Assembly: GCA_040954595.2 (NCBI GenBank)
Contig: CM082578.2
Span: 1,780,831 to 1,844,830 of the forward strand
DNA: 64,000 bases
Direction of reading: 5' to 3'
Source of the DNA: Balanoglossus misakiensis
Taxonomy: Eukaryota > Animalia > Hemichordata
The notes beneath the pieces are model-generated. The model was not told the origin of the DNA, ran no database searches, and worked only from the letters and a program-made list of their open reading frames with translations. Each line of letters opens with the position of its first letter. Position 1 is the stretch's first letter. The position numbers were made by a program, and so were the translations under genes. Of this stretch, positions 12,039 to 24,932 are shown piece after piece.

Positions 12039-15000
12039 ATTCTGCCATTATATTTTCCAAGAAATAAAAATGACTCAGGTGAAGTATTTGAGCCCCAGTA
12101 ACTCTAACATTTGACTGTTTTTTCAGTATTTTTCTCCTGTGTCATTTTCTTCTTTTACTCGTTATAGCTTTTCAACAAAGTCTGTATATAAGCAACGGCC
12201 ATTGTTATTGTAGAAAATGAATTCGAGTCTCGACTTCATTCAATTTTCATCAATAACAATGCAGATTACTACAAAAGGGCTGTTTTGAAATAATATCTTA
12301 GTATAATTTCTGGCACTCGACGTAGTCAAGGGGTTTAACCCTAATGCTACTGGGTGTCATATCTGTTCAGCGTGTCATGTCCCTTAAAAACCTATATGCC
12401 ATTTTTCTTCTAAAATATATTTTGACTGTCTTGACATGGCTCTCATACGTACTTAGACACACTTGGCAGTCTGAACCCCCTGTAAAATGTACCAAATCGC
12501 ACTGGTTTGCACTGTATTGGTTTGAGGGTCTTGTATAGGCCCAACTGATTAACACACACTTGGCAGCCTAACATGCCTGGGAGCCAGGATTCTAGGCACC
12601 CTGGAAATTAGTCTGGTCCCCTGCCCCAATCCCACCGCTGGCTGCGCTACGCTAAAGGGAAAGGGGTCAGGTACGGCCCGATTTCACACCCAGAAACCTG
12701 GGAAGACCATGTGATCATAAACAAGATGGATGCCTCCAATGTCCGTACGTGTTGGTCAACACTCATTCGCTGTCATGGAAGGGGATCATGACAAAGAAAG
12801 AAAAGAAAAATTACACAGTAGAACTTCAAATGAACAGCTCTTTGTTGTAGTACAACAGAGAAGGTAACGCCACAACCTATCAAATGTCACAGAATTCATC
12901 AAAGTATGAGCCCAGGAAAAAAATTCCAGACAATTTAAAGTGAAAGGATCGTCGCGCTGCGTTTGTTTGTTTATAAACATTACAAGTCATCCACAAATCC
13001 CTGAAATTAGATCATTCTTAGAATGAACGGAGCAGCCAACTGTAGCGTAGACTGGGCATGAAAGCAACTGAAGATCTTAGTAGGTCGTGGTGACTACAGT
13101 GGGGTTTGTGCTGGTATGGGAGGACATATTCTCATCAAGGGGGACAGCCCTTCCCTTTAAACTCGACATACAGCCTATCAGTTAACTTTTCGTATCAATC
13201 AAAATTGACTAGGAAAGATCAAAATGTCTGGCTTTTTTCATTAAGGTTAGTGAATTTAATAACTGGAAGTTGTGAAAAAAAGTACCATTTACTCTCCCAC
13301 AAATCAAGAGTCTCATATTTTTGAGGAATGATTCTCAGAAAATCTTGTTCAGTTGCTTTGCAGGGTCTTTATGGCCGTCCTTGTTATAATGTTTCTCATT
13401 TTCTGACTCTTTCTGTTGTTTGTTTTATGCAGATACAACCGCTGGCTGCAGAGATCTCGGCAGACTGATCTGACTGAAATTGCAACACTGCATTGTCTCT
13501 ATCAGTCTGGAGTGGATTATTTTGGTCGACCTGTCATTTTCTTTGTTGGCAGAAATTTCCCAGCAGCTTCCATTGACCTTGACAAGGTAATTAAAGCTCC
13601 ATTAGCTTTATCTTTTCGCTACGTTTTCAGTATTTTTGTTTTGTTTATTTACTGCAGTTCTTTTTTTTCAAATTCCTGAAGCATGATGAAATGCCCAGCA
13701 ATTTGCTTATTGAGTTATGACAACCAGTAATTGATCCCATTTCAGTGAGCAGAACAATACAAATAATATTTCACAAGAAAATTTAAATAACTAAAATAAT
13801 GTCAAAAATGAGTGACTTTGTCCCTTTAACCAATTTTTTCACATCTGAAGTGTTTTTTTGTCCACAGTTAGCTATTTTCTCTATCAGTGTTTTATCAGAT
13901 CTCTGATTTTTTTTTCAGGCTGTGCTTTATCTGATTCAGCAGTTGGATCCCATTGTGAACAAGGATTACATTGTTGTGTACTTCCATACACTCAGTTCTC
14001 CGGCTAACCATCCAGACATCTCCTGGATTAAACAGGTCTACAACTTGTTAGATTTTCGATGGAAGAGGAACCTCAAAGCATTTTACATCATTCACCCAAC
14101 ACTGTGGTCAAAGGTCAGTTGCTAAGGTTACTTCTGTTTCTAACATACAGAAGCCTAGATTTTCATCTCTGAATGTAAAATACAGTAAAATCTATCTAAA
14201 CTGGGCACCATAGGGACTGAAAAAAATTGTTCAGTTTGCTGAGGTGTCCAGTTTGTAGAGGTATCCTGTGGTTCTATGTTAAAGGGCTTGTGAAAGATGT
14301 TTGGTATAGACAGGTTTCCAGATTAGAGAGAGTTCAGTTTAGATAGATTTTGCTGTAGTATGGGGTTATGTGTAAAAAAATTGCCATATGTGGATGAAAG
14401 CCTTGTTTGTGGCATATTAGACGACCAATGACAGAGTCCAATAGTTCACATAGGGAGCCAAAGTTCATATGTGGTCATGTTTTGTGTATGATTCATTGTT
14501 TAACACTTTCATTAGTTAATTAATTGATTAAGGGGGTATTGCATGAAACCGTCAAGACTTTTTCAGAGGCCTATTTCTCATCAAACACTACGTTAAAACC
14601 CCCTATAAACCATACATATTCTGGAAGCTAAGTCTTTGAACTTTTGTTTGAGATGCATGTTTTATTGACCCCCGGAAATGGTGGCCAATCACCGCAAAGC
14701 AAAGCTACTTAGATCTAAAGTTGTTAAAAGTGGCAGAAATGCAGACCAAGAAAAACGGCAATGTGCATTGTTGACACTTATTTCTTCAACTGCGGACTCA
14801 TTCAGAAAAGTGCTATTTTGGGTGATTATGTACCATTTCTGCCAAGATGCATTTGTCAGAATGTGGGTCAGTATTAGACCTACCGATTATGTAAAAAAGA
14901 AAAAAATTGGTAAAAATCATAACTTTTCATGTAAGGTAAATATTTAAAAACAAGGGAGGAACACAATGCCTTCATTACAAGTTGTCACACACAGTAGAAA

Positions 15001-16727
15001 CACTTGTCAATTTGTTTTGGGATTCCAAACCACTCCAAATTTGTGTAACTTTCCAAGGTTATGCAAATTTCAAGCTTCACTCTGTTCAAGGGTGAGAGCC
15101 AATGTGTTTTGTTCTAATATCAACTTCAACCCCTTGTGTTGTCTTTGTGGGTGTTGGTGGTGTCACTGACTCCTTGGTGGCTGGTGTCAAACTGGGGAGG
15201 CTAAACCCCCATTGAAATCAGTCTGTTGGGAATAAGTGCAAATGTACATAACTGTGGAAGGAATTTGTTCTGCTATGCTCACTTTAGTTGAGAGAATGAA
15301 CCTGATTAGAAATGTTTTAAGTTCATTTTAGTTCATATGACCTACATGCTGAGTGTGCATGTTCTGTGACATCTTTTGCCTTTTTGAAGTGATCAACGCA
15401 TCTGAACCAGAGTTTTCTTTAGCTGTTGGTGAAATAAGAAATATGTACTACCTAAATATTAAATAATAATTAAGACAAAGCATACCTATGCTTGTGAGGT
15501 CAAAATGGGCATCATAGATTATCAGAGATGGTGGTGGTGGTGGTGGTGCATAGTATGTTTTAAAAATGATGAAATTACTGTTTAGAAATCCTTTTTTAAA
15601 CTCCCTGGCTAAAGAGAAAAAAGGGTGTTTATTAACTGAAAATGTCATTAGACATCAAACTTTGGTGTTTGTTTATGATTACCAGTCACTTTTATAATCT
15701 TAACATTGTTTTATTGGAGAACCGTTTTGATATGTGGTGACAACATGGTTTCATGAAATTCTTTTTAATGAGTGAAAAGAATTGAAAGCACACTAATTAT
15801 ATTTCAGATAAAGAAAGGAGATGGTTGAAGTACCTTACTTTATCTAACAGACTTACGAGTTTTGTATGATATGTTCATGCTTATGTAGTTTATCTGTTCC
15901 ATTTCAGGTTTTGACGTGGTTCTTCACAACATTCACAGCATCGAGTCTCAAAACGCGTGTTCACACTCATTCAGGAGTCAAGAACCTGTATAATCTCATC
16001 CCTCCAGAACACCTGGATATTCCACCTTTTGTTTTGGACCATGACATGAAAGTGAGTATCATTTTGATGCTTATAGGATGATTTTCTTACAATTACTTTG
16101 TGCAAATAGGGTGTTCTTACACTGCTGGCATGCTGATAGTGTGGGATCAGAGTGTGTGAACAAATCGATCCCACATTCTCACTGAATGGGAAACTGTATA
16201 TAATGCGAGCGCTGATTGGATGACAAAGCATTCTTTTATTACCAGGCGCTAAATGTTATCCATTGGCGCAAAGTGTAATACATGGACAGAAACTACAACG
16301 TACGAGACGACATTTACAGTCAATTATTCAATGTTTCTAATGCGAATTATAATTTGGCTTTTTTTTGTCGTGAGAGAAATAGAATCTCACACACCAAGGA
16401 CCTAGGATCATATTTCTCACACTCGTCGGGGATATTTTGTCCCACACTCGCCTGCGGCTCGTCTGGGACAGAAAATCCCCCACTTGTGTGAGAAATATGA
16501 TCCCAGGTCCTTGGGGAATGTGAGATTCTATTAATCTCAATTCTATGTTTTGGTAAAATGTGGATGTCAAAACTTTTCATTTTCTACAAAAATGGTCTAC
16601 AGTGAAATGGTTTGGTTGTATAATATGTAAACTAATCTCTTGGCATTTTCTTAATTTTTTTGCAACTTGGGTCAATGGTCCAGACTACTACATTTCAGCC
16701 AGTGATGACAGTAAAGATGGCCTGTAA
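12039..16727 (+). pseudogene. GDAP2: GDAP2 3' half (end of macro-domain region plus CRAL-TRIO/Sec14 domain), intron-containing and 5'-truncated
   Basis: Exons: 12039-12078 (ILPLYFPRNKN/DS, 111 bp deleted), about 12730-12863 (GQHSFAVMEGDHDKERK), 13433-13586 (YNRWLQRSRQTDLTEIATLHCLYQSGVD), 13919-14113 (KDYIVVYFHT...KRNLKAFYIIHPT), 15908-16051, and 16671-16727 (VNGPDYY...stop). These match remembered GDAP2 motifs (LPLYFPRS, HAFARMEGD, YNRWL, NLKAVYFVHPT). The first two exons lack acceptors and the last acceptor reads GG. Confidence 0.85.
14183..14355. mobile_element. Tigger/pogo-like MITE with CAGTA termini and TA TSD; copy at 16784-16961
   Basis: ta|cagtaaaatctatctaaactg...cagtttagatagattttgctg|ta. 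Confidence 0.7.
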
Positions 16728-17092
16728 AATGAGATGCAGTTGACAACAAACCAGAGTGGTAGTTAAAAACAGATTTCATGGTACAGTAGAACCTTCTAAA
16801 CCGAACACCAAAGGGACTGAAGGAATTGTTTCAGTTTGCAGAGGTGTCTGGTTTATACAGGTTCTTTTAATATGTGGTTCTATGTCAAAGGGACAGGAAA
16901 ATGTGTTCAGTATAGACAGGTTTCAAGATTAGACAGGGTTTGGTTTAGACAGGTTTTACTGTATTTGTAATATCTTTCAGTGGTGTTTGACATCACACAC
17001 ATGTGGACAAATGTTACACATGTGCTAACCATTGACTTGGTACCAAAATGCTTTCTTTCTTATTTTGTCAACATTTTGAATGCTGCAATATT

Positions 17093-17285
17093 GAACACCT
17101 ATTGCCTGGCCATGAGGGCCATAGCAGCCGTTTATTACACCCGAGGGGCTGTGAGTTACCAGAATCACATGGTATTTCCCGAGGCCGCAGGCCGAGGGAA
17201 ATAGCATATGATTCTGGTAACTCACAGTCACAAGGGGGTAAAAACGGCTGCTATGGCCCGAATATAGGCCAGGCTATAGGTGTTT
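17093..17285. mobile_element. Palindromic Crypton-like element
   Basis: aacacctattgcctggcc...gaggccgcaggccgag...ggccaggctataggtgtt. Confidence 0.5.
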
Positions 17286-17663
17286 TATAATAAACCTCAT
17301 GCTAACAGCTGGGAAAATCTTGCAATTTTCTCTTGAGGTTGGCAGACGACATCTTCCGCGGTGGCCATTGTGTCAGACGAAGCGACGCTGATTGACGTGA
17401 CCGAGTCTGCGCACTCACGCTGGTCACGTGACCGGTTTATATTTTTTCTGCTATTTCCCTAGCGGTTCATAGTCAATTCTATTTTCCTATCACGTGACGG
17501 ATTCTGGCGAATCACGGCACAGTATTAGCATGAGGTATATTATAACTAAGCATATGTCTCTGATTCTAGAAAATTAATAAGATATATCAGTATTATGACA
17601 AAAGTTAAAAAAATATCCATCAATGTAAATGTTATCTTTATTTTTTAAATAATTTTTGTTCAG

Positions 17664-20600
17664 GTGACTTTCGTTGCTCCAATGGTAATTGTATAAATCC
17701 TGACTGGGTTTGTGATGGTACAGTGGACTGTGGTGATGGTGATTTCTCTGATGAGATTGGATGTGCAGGTATGTTTTTGGCAAGTGGTCTGAAACAATCA
17801 TCTCTACGCTCTCCTCAACATCATTGCAAAGTGGGCCCAGGTGATGAGACCAAGTTTCCTAAATGTGTGGTATAGTGTACTTTTGGCTTGAAGTCATCAT
17901 GCAAATGAATCTTGTAAATATGCGTGACAACTCTTATGTGCCAACCTCAAACTACTAGACCGTAATTTATTTGTATGATCATCTCCTTTGCAACTACAGA
18001 CTACTTTTGAACTGTCAGCAGAAAGTCTGATCCTCAAAGAATTTCGTACTGTAAAACAGGAAATTTTCGCGAGCGATAAATATTTCGCGAACTATGCGAG
18101 AGCCAAAAAACACGAAAATAAAAAAGTTGTGTAAAAATGTTTTTCGAAGATAACAATGCCGTGAAATATGAGAATGCGAAAATCAATCATCGCATAAAAG
18201 TTATCACTTTTGATATCACGAAAAATTTCCTGTTTTACAGTATGTCATAATTATAAATCAGAAACAAAACTGGGTCAAGTATTTTAAGAATCTGGCATCT
18301 GTCACGCTGATAGTTTGAGCTTAGAGAATAATAATATGCTGTTCTTGGAATTTTCGGGTGTGATAAATGTCGTTTCAAAATTTTTACATTTGATTTATAC
18401 TAATATAAAATTGGTTTTATACATGTACAATGGATACTCACTGTTGGTGAAGTAATTTTATCATCAATGAAATTTCTTCAACTTGAAGAGCAGAAGCTTT
18501 ATGACCATTCATCACACAAATAAACCCTTTCTTTTTATTTTGATGATGTTCAGGAACATGTGGTGGTTTGGAAACTGGTGTCTCAGGGACCTTTCACAGC
18601 ACTGGATACCCAGATGATAATTATTACATTCTACAAGAATGTATTTGGACAATCCAGGGACCTGCAACATCCAGAATAAAAATTGAGGTACAGTAAAACT
18701 TGTCCAATCTGGAAACCTGCCTATACAGAACACCTTTTCCCATCCATTCGTCGTACAAACACAATTTTAAAGGAACCTCTATAAAATAAACTGGACACCT
18801 GTATTAAAAAGTTTCTTCCTTATAACAAACTATCTATAACTTCAGGCTAGTTTATCAGTATTTTTGTTTTGTGTATAAAACACATTTCCTGTCCTTATGA
18901 GTAACCCATCACACCCCTGCAGCTCTCTGCTTGTCAACAAGTCATGTGTATGTACTGACCATTGTTATTATTTACAAATGTTTTCAAACAACAACAATGC
19001 CAATTGTGCACTCATAGATTTCAATGAGAAGATTAAGACTATGGATTTAACTCTGCCCTGGGGAGCTGAACAAGAAACTATGGTTGATACACAGAATAGA
19101 AATACTGAAAAATGCAACAAGTTACAACTAATGGGGCTTAAGTCATGAATCTGTGTTTATTTTCATGTATATTGGCTTGAGACAGCTCACTATGTATGAT
19201 GTGTGTTGTAACATTTTGTTTTTATTCTTTTCAGTTTCCGTATTTTGACACTGAACTTTATCATGATACTGTTGTCATTGTCGATGGGTCTGTGTTTGAC
19301 CAATCCAAAGTTCTTGCAACATATAGTGGACCGGACCAGCCTGATGAAGTTATTAGCAGTGGTAATGCAATGTTGGTGAAATTTCTCTCAGATAGTTCGC
19401 ATACTGCTACTGGCTTTGAAGCATCTTAGCAAGCAGGTAATACTAAGTTTTGTACATGTACATACTTTAAAACGAGAAATTAATGCTCTGTGTTTACCTT
19501 AGGCAAATATTGTCTCTGAAACGTTTCGAATTTTACCCTGTGTGAACCAGGTATAACATTATAGATTGCACGTGTAGGCAATATTGGCCCTACCTTGACT
19601 GTGATCTTGCTGATGTTCTGTTTGTGAGGTGTGTATGTTAAGATGACTTTTTCTTTCTTCCAGTGTATTCTTTGTGTGGTGGGAATTTCATAGCACAGTC
19701 ATATAAACAGAATCTCAGCAGTACAGAATATTTTGAAGGCAAGAATTATCTCAACAATGAAGATTGTAACTGGCAGCTGGCATCATTCACAACAGAATTT
19801 GTTGTCACTTTACAGGTAAATAGAAGACTACATGTAGATGAATTCATATTTTTACTCTTTTTAACCATTCATTTCATGTTATTAGTGGATTCAGATGCAA
19901 TTAATCGTGTGAGTTGTTTGACAGCATGACAAAAATTAGTAATTGTATTTTTAAAAAAACATTTTATTTTTGTCATTTCTGGTCAATTCTCAGTAGCCAC
20001 TTTTCTGATTTCTTAAAATTTGGTTTACAAGGACCAAGTATTTTTATTATGGTGTACATAAACATGTGTCAAATATCAATACTGGGGAGGAGGGGGGTGG
20101 GTAGTTTTAGACATTTTTGGTCCAAAAGTCCACTCATGTCAGAAACGGCTCTTCCAGTTGTTTTGGATTTTGGTTTATTGGGATGTGAAAATATTCTTCA
20201 TCAGATTTATTCTTATATTACCTCATCAATGCTAAAGGTGCCCTTATAGGGACAAAGTCTCTCTCTCTCGCTACCCTTTTCCCAGTTATTATGTTTGATA
20301 CAAGACACCGTTTATGTTGTTCTACATGAGGATATATAGTGAATCAACATTCAACCATTTTTAGGATATGAGAGTAAAAATCTCGCCCAAAATGAAGCGG
20401 GATGGAATGTTGATTCACTATATATCCACATGTAGAATAACATAAACGATAATCAAACGATAATTAATGGAAAAGGGGCAGCGAGAGAGAGACTTTGCCC
20501 CTTAATGGTTTTGTGTAGGAAATTGTGATCACTATGATTGTACGGTATGTCACATTTAAATGTACATATCAAATGGGAGCACAGTGTCTTTGATGCTATT

Positions 20601-20818
20601 TTTTATATCTTTTCAGTTTATCTCCTTTGCAACAGAAGATGGGGCTGATCAAGTGTCTGTATACAATGGCGCTGAACTGAATCCCGTCCTCCGACTTGCT
20701 TTATTTTCTGGGATGGAGTTACCCAATGTCATCATATCTTCCAAAAGTGTGATGAGAGTTGACTTTAAGAGTGATGATGCAGTTACAATGAGAGGTTTTC
20801 ATGCACATTACTGGGCAG
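17664..20818 (+). pseudogene. Duplicated Uif-like LDLa + CUB1 + CUB2 exons with a premature stop
   Basis: Exons: 17664-17768, 18554-18687, 19235-19436, 19664-19815, 20617-20818. TAG at 19427-19429 where copy 2 has TGG. Confidence 0.85.
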
Positions 20819-20903
20819 GTAGGTAACGCATTCAAATTGATCAAGATGTTGTTTGAATGAAGAGGCAATCAAGGATTCATGATACAAGAGAATAATGTTT
20901 TAT

Positions 20904-22418
20904 AGGGACAAAGTCTCTCTCTCTCTACCCTTTTTCCAGGAATTATGATGATACAATACAGCATTTATGTTATTCTACATGTGGATATATAGTGAATGAA
21001 CATTCAACCACACACAACTTCCATCCCACTTGTAGACATAAGAGTGAAAAAACTCGCCAAAATGAAAAATCGGTCTCTACCGTTTATTCATTTTGGCAAG
21101 ATTTTTACTCTCATATCCTACAAACGGGATGGAAGTTGTGCGTGGTTGAATGTTCATTCACTATATATCCACATGTAGAATTACATAAACAGTGTCTTGT
21201 ATCAAACATAGTTATAGTGCAGGAGCTAAACCCAAAATTTGGGCATAATTGTGCACTTTGGGTTAAAAGCATGAAACTTGGTACACTTATGCATTGACCC
21301 ATGGCGGCCATTTTCTGATATGGATCCAAAACGACAGCGCCCTCTAGCGGCCAGAAACAGACATTTATACTTTAAAATTGTACACTTCGGGTTAAAAGCA
21401 TGAAATTTGGTACAATTATTCATTGACCCATGGCGGACATTTTCCAATATGGATCCAAAAAGACAGCGCCCTCTAGTGGCTAGAAACTGACATTTACACT
21501 TTTCCCCCCATTAATGACACTTTTTGGGCAAGTTTAACACTCAGAGACAGAAATGTGGGTTGTAAAACATGCTTGCTGCCATACATTCCTTTTAATATTA
21601 TCCTAATCCTGATGTACATGTATCAGATCAATCTTGTATGTTACTAATTGAACGATTTGTTCTTCGAAATAACAGACCAGTTTTATTCACAAAGTCATGC
21701 AAAGGGGTAAGACAACACCTCTTCTCCAGAAAGTCAAGGGTTCTCGAGAATACAGGCAGCTCCTAAAGAACATGTGCTGTGAGAAACCTAGCAAAGCTAT
21801 ATCAAACCAACAGAATCCCAGTGGAAATCAAGTTAGACAACTCTTAGTCAAGCCCAAGAAAAGAGTCAACCACAGGAAATCAGTTGCAAAAAGTCATACA
21901 CATGTTTCTGTAGGTGCTTTAGATCTAGTCTTGCAGCAGTGGTCATTGTTACTGTGAAGGAAGATGTCATCAAGATTGATCTGATACATGCATATCAGGA
22001 TTAGGATAATATACACATGAATGTATGATACCAACCATGTTTTACAACCCATATTCCTGTTTCTGAGTGTTACAAATTACCAAAAAGTGCCATTAATGGG
22101 GAAAGTGTGAATGTTAGTTTATGGTCACAAGAGGGCGCTGTCATTTTGGATCCATATCAGAAAATTGCCGCCATGGGTCAATGCATACGTGTACCAAGTT
22201 TCAGGCTTTAAACCCGAAGTGCACGGTTTTTAAGTATGAATGTATGTTTCTGGCCACTAGAGGGCGCTGTCATTTTGGATCCATATCAGAAAATGGCTGC
22301 CATGGGTCAATGCATAAGTGTACCAAGTTTCATGCTTTTAACCCAAAGTGCACGATTTTTTGGTTAACTGCCCCACTATAATGGAAAAAGGGCAGCGAGA
22401 GAGAGAAACTTTGTCCCT
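20904..22418. mobile_element. AGGGACAAAGTCTCTCTC MITE interrupted by a nested foldback element (copy at 29819-31333)
   Basis: The host MITE halves rejoin as catagtta/taatggaaaaagggcagcg when the insert is removed. Confidence 0.75.
21215..22378. mobile_element. Foldback-type non-autonomous DNA transposon with TIRs of about 400 bp built from tandem subrepeats, TA TSD
   Basis: ta|tagtg...cacta|ta. The arms at about 21215-21640 and 21975-22378 are reverse complements, each with two subrepeats of about 120-130 bp. Confidence 0.75.
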
Positions 22419-24932
22419 TTAAATCACTTAAAATCCTTCCCAAAGAATTTCAACCCAGTAAGAATTGTAAGGATCACAAATATATCTTCCTTTGCCATTC
22501 TTTCTGGAGGTTTATAAGCTCATCTGATACTGGGTCATTATGGAACTTTTTAACAGAAAAAATAACAAAATGTGAAAAAAGTTAAATGAGTTTAATTTGC
22601 TAACTACATGTATAACGACAGAAATGTTTGACCTAAGGAAAAATGTCTGTCTTTTTCAAAACGTTGTATTATACTTCTGTGTTATTCGAACTTTAATACA
22701 AGTGACAGTATCAGAGGACAGATTTGGCACAGACAAAATTCGTATAAACAAACCACAGAGAAAACGTCAAAAGGGAGCGATTTATAAAATTATCAATTCC
22801 ACGAGTTTGCAAATTAAAGTTAAAGATATACAGTTTCATTGGTTGGATAGAGCGGTCTGGAAGCATGGGTGGATTTTTACCTGGTGTCTGTTTACCTGGT
22901 AAAAATAGGTTATTGTTCTCCCCTGCTTTTCATAGCGGATTTTTTAACACGTCTCCTCGAGATCAAACATTAATGAGCGATTAAAAGCGCTTCGTATACT
23001 TTTTGTGGGTCGAGTTGTGTTTTTCGTTTTATTTGGTCATTAATTCGATCAGAATGTTTATTGTTGTATTGTAAAAAGCTTGGATTTTATGTTTCAGTTA
23101 TGCAGAGTGCTTAAGTATGCTCGACTTGCGTGGCAATTCTGCAAAGATATTTGGAGCATTCTTTGGAATTTAATTGATTTGGACATGAGTTTGTTGTTTG
23201 GTTGGTCATGGAACAACACGTGACATTGTCTGCATGACATTCTTTAGGGTGTTTCAATTCTGTAAATGACATGAGGTGGTTAATTGCCTGTTGGTACTAA
23301 ACAGCACTCTCCCCGAGTCTAGTGGAACATTATTTTGGGGGATCTGGATTTCGTGTGCAGACGTCATTATTGCGTGACTGATACGGCGGGTATCGATTGG
23401 AATAGGCCCTATCGTTAACATAGAAGTTCATTCTTGTTCGGGCGACCCAGGAAGGCATAAGCTTGACGTGCCTAAACTTTGTCGGACATTGTCCGACCAT
23501 CACGGCTGCAAATTGGTTCAAGTTCGGTGTAGCCTGCTCCAATAGAAATGGCGAAATTATTAAGTATAAGGTAACAACCCGAATGGGCCACTTTTTCACT
23601 CACAGCGTCCCTATAAAACCACAGTAAGTGATAAAACAAAAGCTTAGGTCGACTTTTCATCAGCTGGAAAAACACACAACTATTAAAATGGTTAGAAAAT
23701 ATAGGAAATGTCCTTATGCGTATGAAAAGCAAAGAATGAGACAGGGTCAATGAAGCCAAACTCGTGTCTTCGTGCACACGAAGACGCCCGAGCCGTTCAT
23801 CATCATGGTATTCCTCTGGGAATCTCTTGGCAACTGCATCGCGTGTACCGAGTCAGAACATGTAAATACTGACTTCTGCCATAGACGTACCAGGTGCTTC
23901 GACGAGTTGGCCTTCTGCGTTGTAGTTTTTGGCTTTACTAGTGAAGCCGAAGGCCAAAACCAAGGACCGTGACTAAACTGAAAAGCCCCCCCCCCCCTCT
24001 CCAGTTTTTGTAGTAGCAATGTTCTTCATGCCTATCCCAATTCTACCCCTGGCTGCGCTGTCACAGTGACCTCAAGCCAGGTCAAAATTGAGCTGAAAGG
24101 CAAGTTCCGTCTACATACTGATATTTCTTGGTTTCTTCGCGTATAAACTCAGGAATACTATGCCCCTGAAGCCTCGGCTGGTTTTGATGCACGTTATCAT
24201 GTTTTAATTAGTCAAAGACCCACGGTAGCAAAGTAGGTAATTGTCTTTTTTTCACGCGGATCCTTTGGTCATATATTCTGCCTGCAGCCCAGCCTGCAGC
24301 CCCATATTCGCTGATATTGTCACGTTCCTCGATAGTTATTATAATAATAAGCTAGAGACGGCCTTGTAGACTCTGAATTTTAGACTAGGAACGACTCAGC
24401 TGGCATATCGTACCACTTTTTCTGTGACATTGCCGACCGGCCCGGCGCAACTACCGAGGAAAGATACGGGTGTGCTCGTGGGAATTGTCAACTACCCGTT
24501 CATCGTTCGACTGCACAGCACAGATCATTGATAACACATTTCGAACTTATTTCGGAATTCTGGCAAAATTTTCGGAATGTCCTTTAGTTTCTTCACCAGA
24601 CAGAAATTTTGCCATCACCTTGATGCAACTGTATCATAATTTGTCTTTTAAGTTTAATCACACCAAAAACAGCCATTTCCTGGAAACTGTCGTGTTTTCT
24701 CTCTAAAAAATCAGCTGAACATTTTGGTTCGAAGGAAACTTCAGCCTTCAGGAGATTTTCCCCCACAAAAATTCAGCCGAAAGAGACGGATCACACACCT
24801 TTGGAAAGGTGTGATGCAAAATCTCATGTCACATTTATAAACCTTTAATTCACCAATATCATGTTTTCATATAGGGAATTTTGAAATTAGTTTGGAACAT
24901 GTTTGATGTGTTATAAACTGATTTATTTTCAG

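Larger units (their letters stand above)
9048..12297 (+). repeat. Segmental duplication B, copy 1 (partner 50779-54162)
   Basis: Near-identical sequence from gtatagggaatc to tgaaataatatc, with a few substitutions and indels. Confidence 0.95.
17568..22640 (+). repeat. Segmental duplication C, copy 1 (partner 26480-31555)
   Basis: About 5.07 kb of near-identical sequence from agaaaattaataag to gacctaaggaa, including shared nested MITEs. Confidence 0.95.

Noticed and set aside
13433-16051. BNIP2/ARHGAP1-type BCH protein
   Set aside because: The upstream motifs LPLYFPR, GEPIIEERQIRI, FAVMEGD and YNRWL point specifically to GDAP2.
21226-22381. ORFs with repeated [12 protein letters not shown] peptides, or a CRISPR-like array
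   Set aside because: These are TIR subrepeats of a foldback element. There are no unique spacers and no cas genes.
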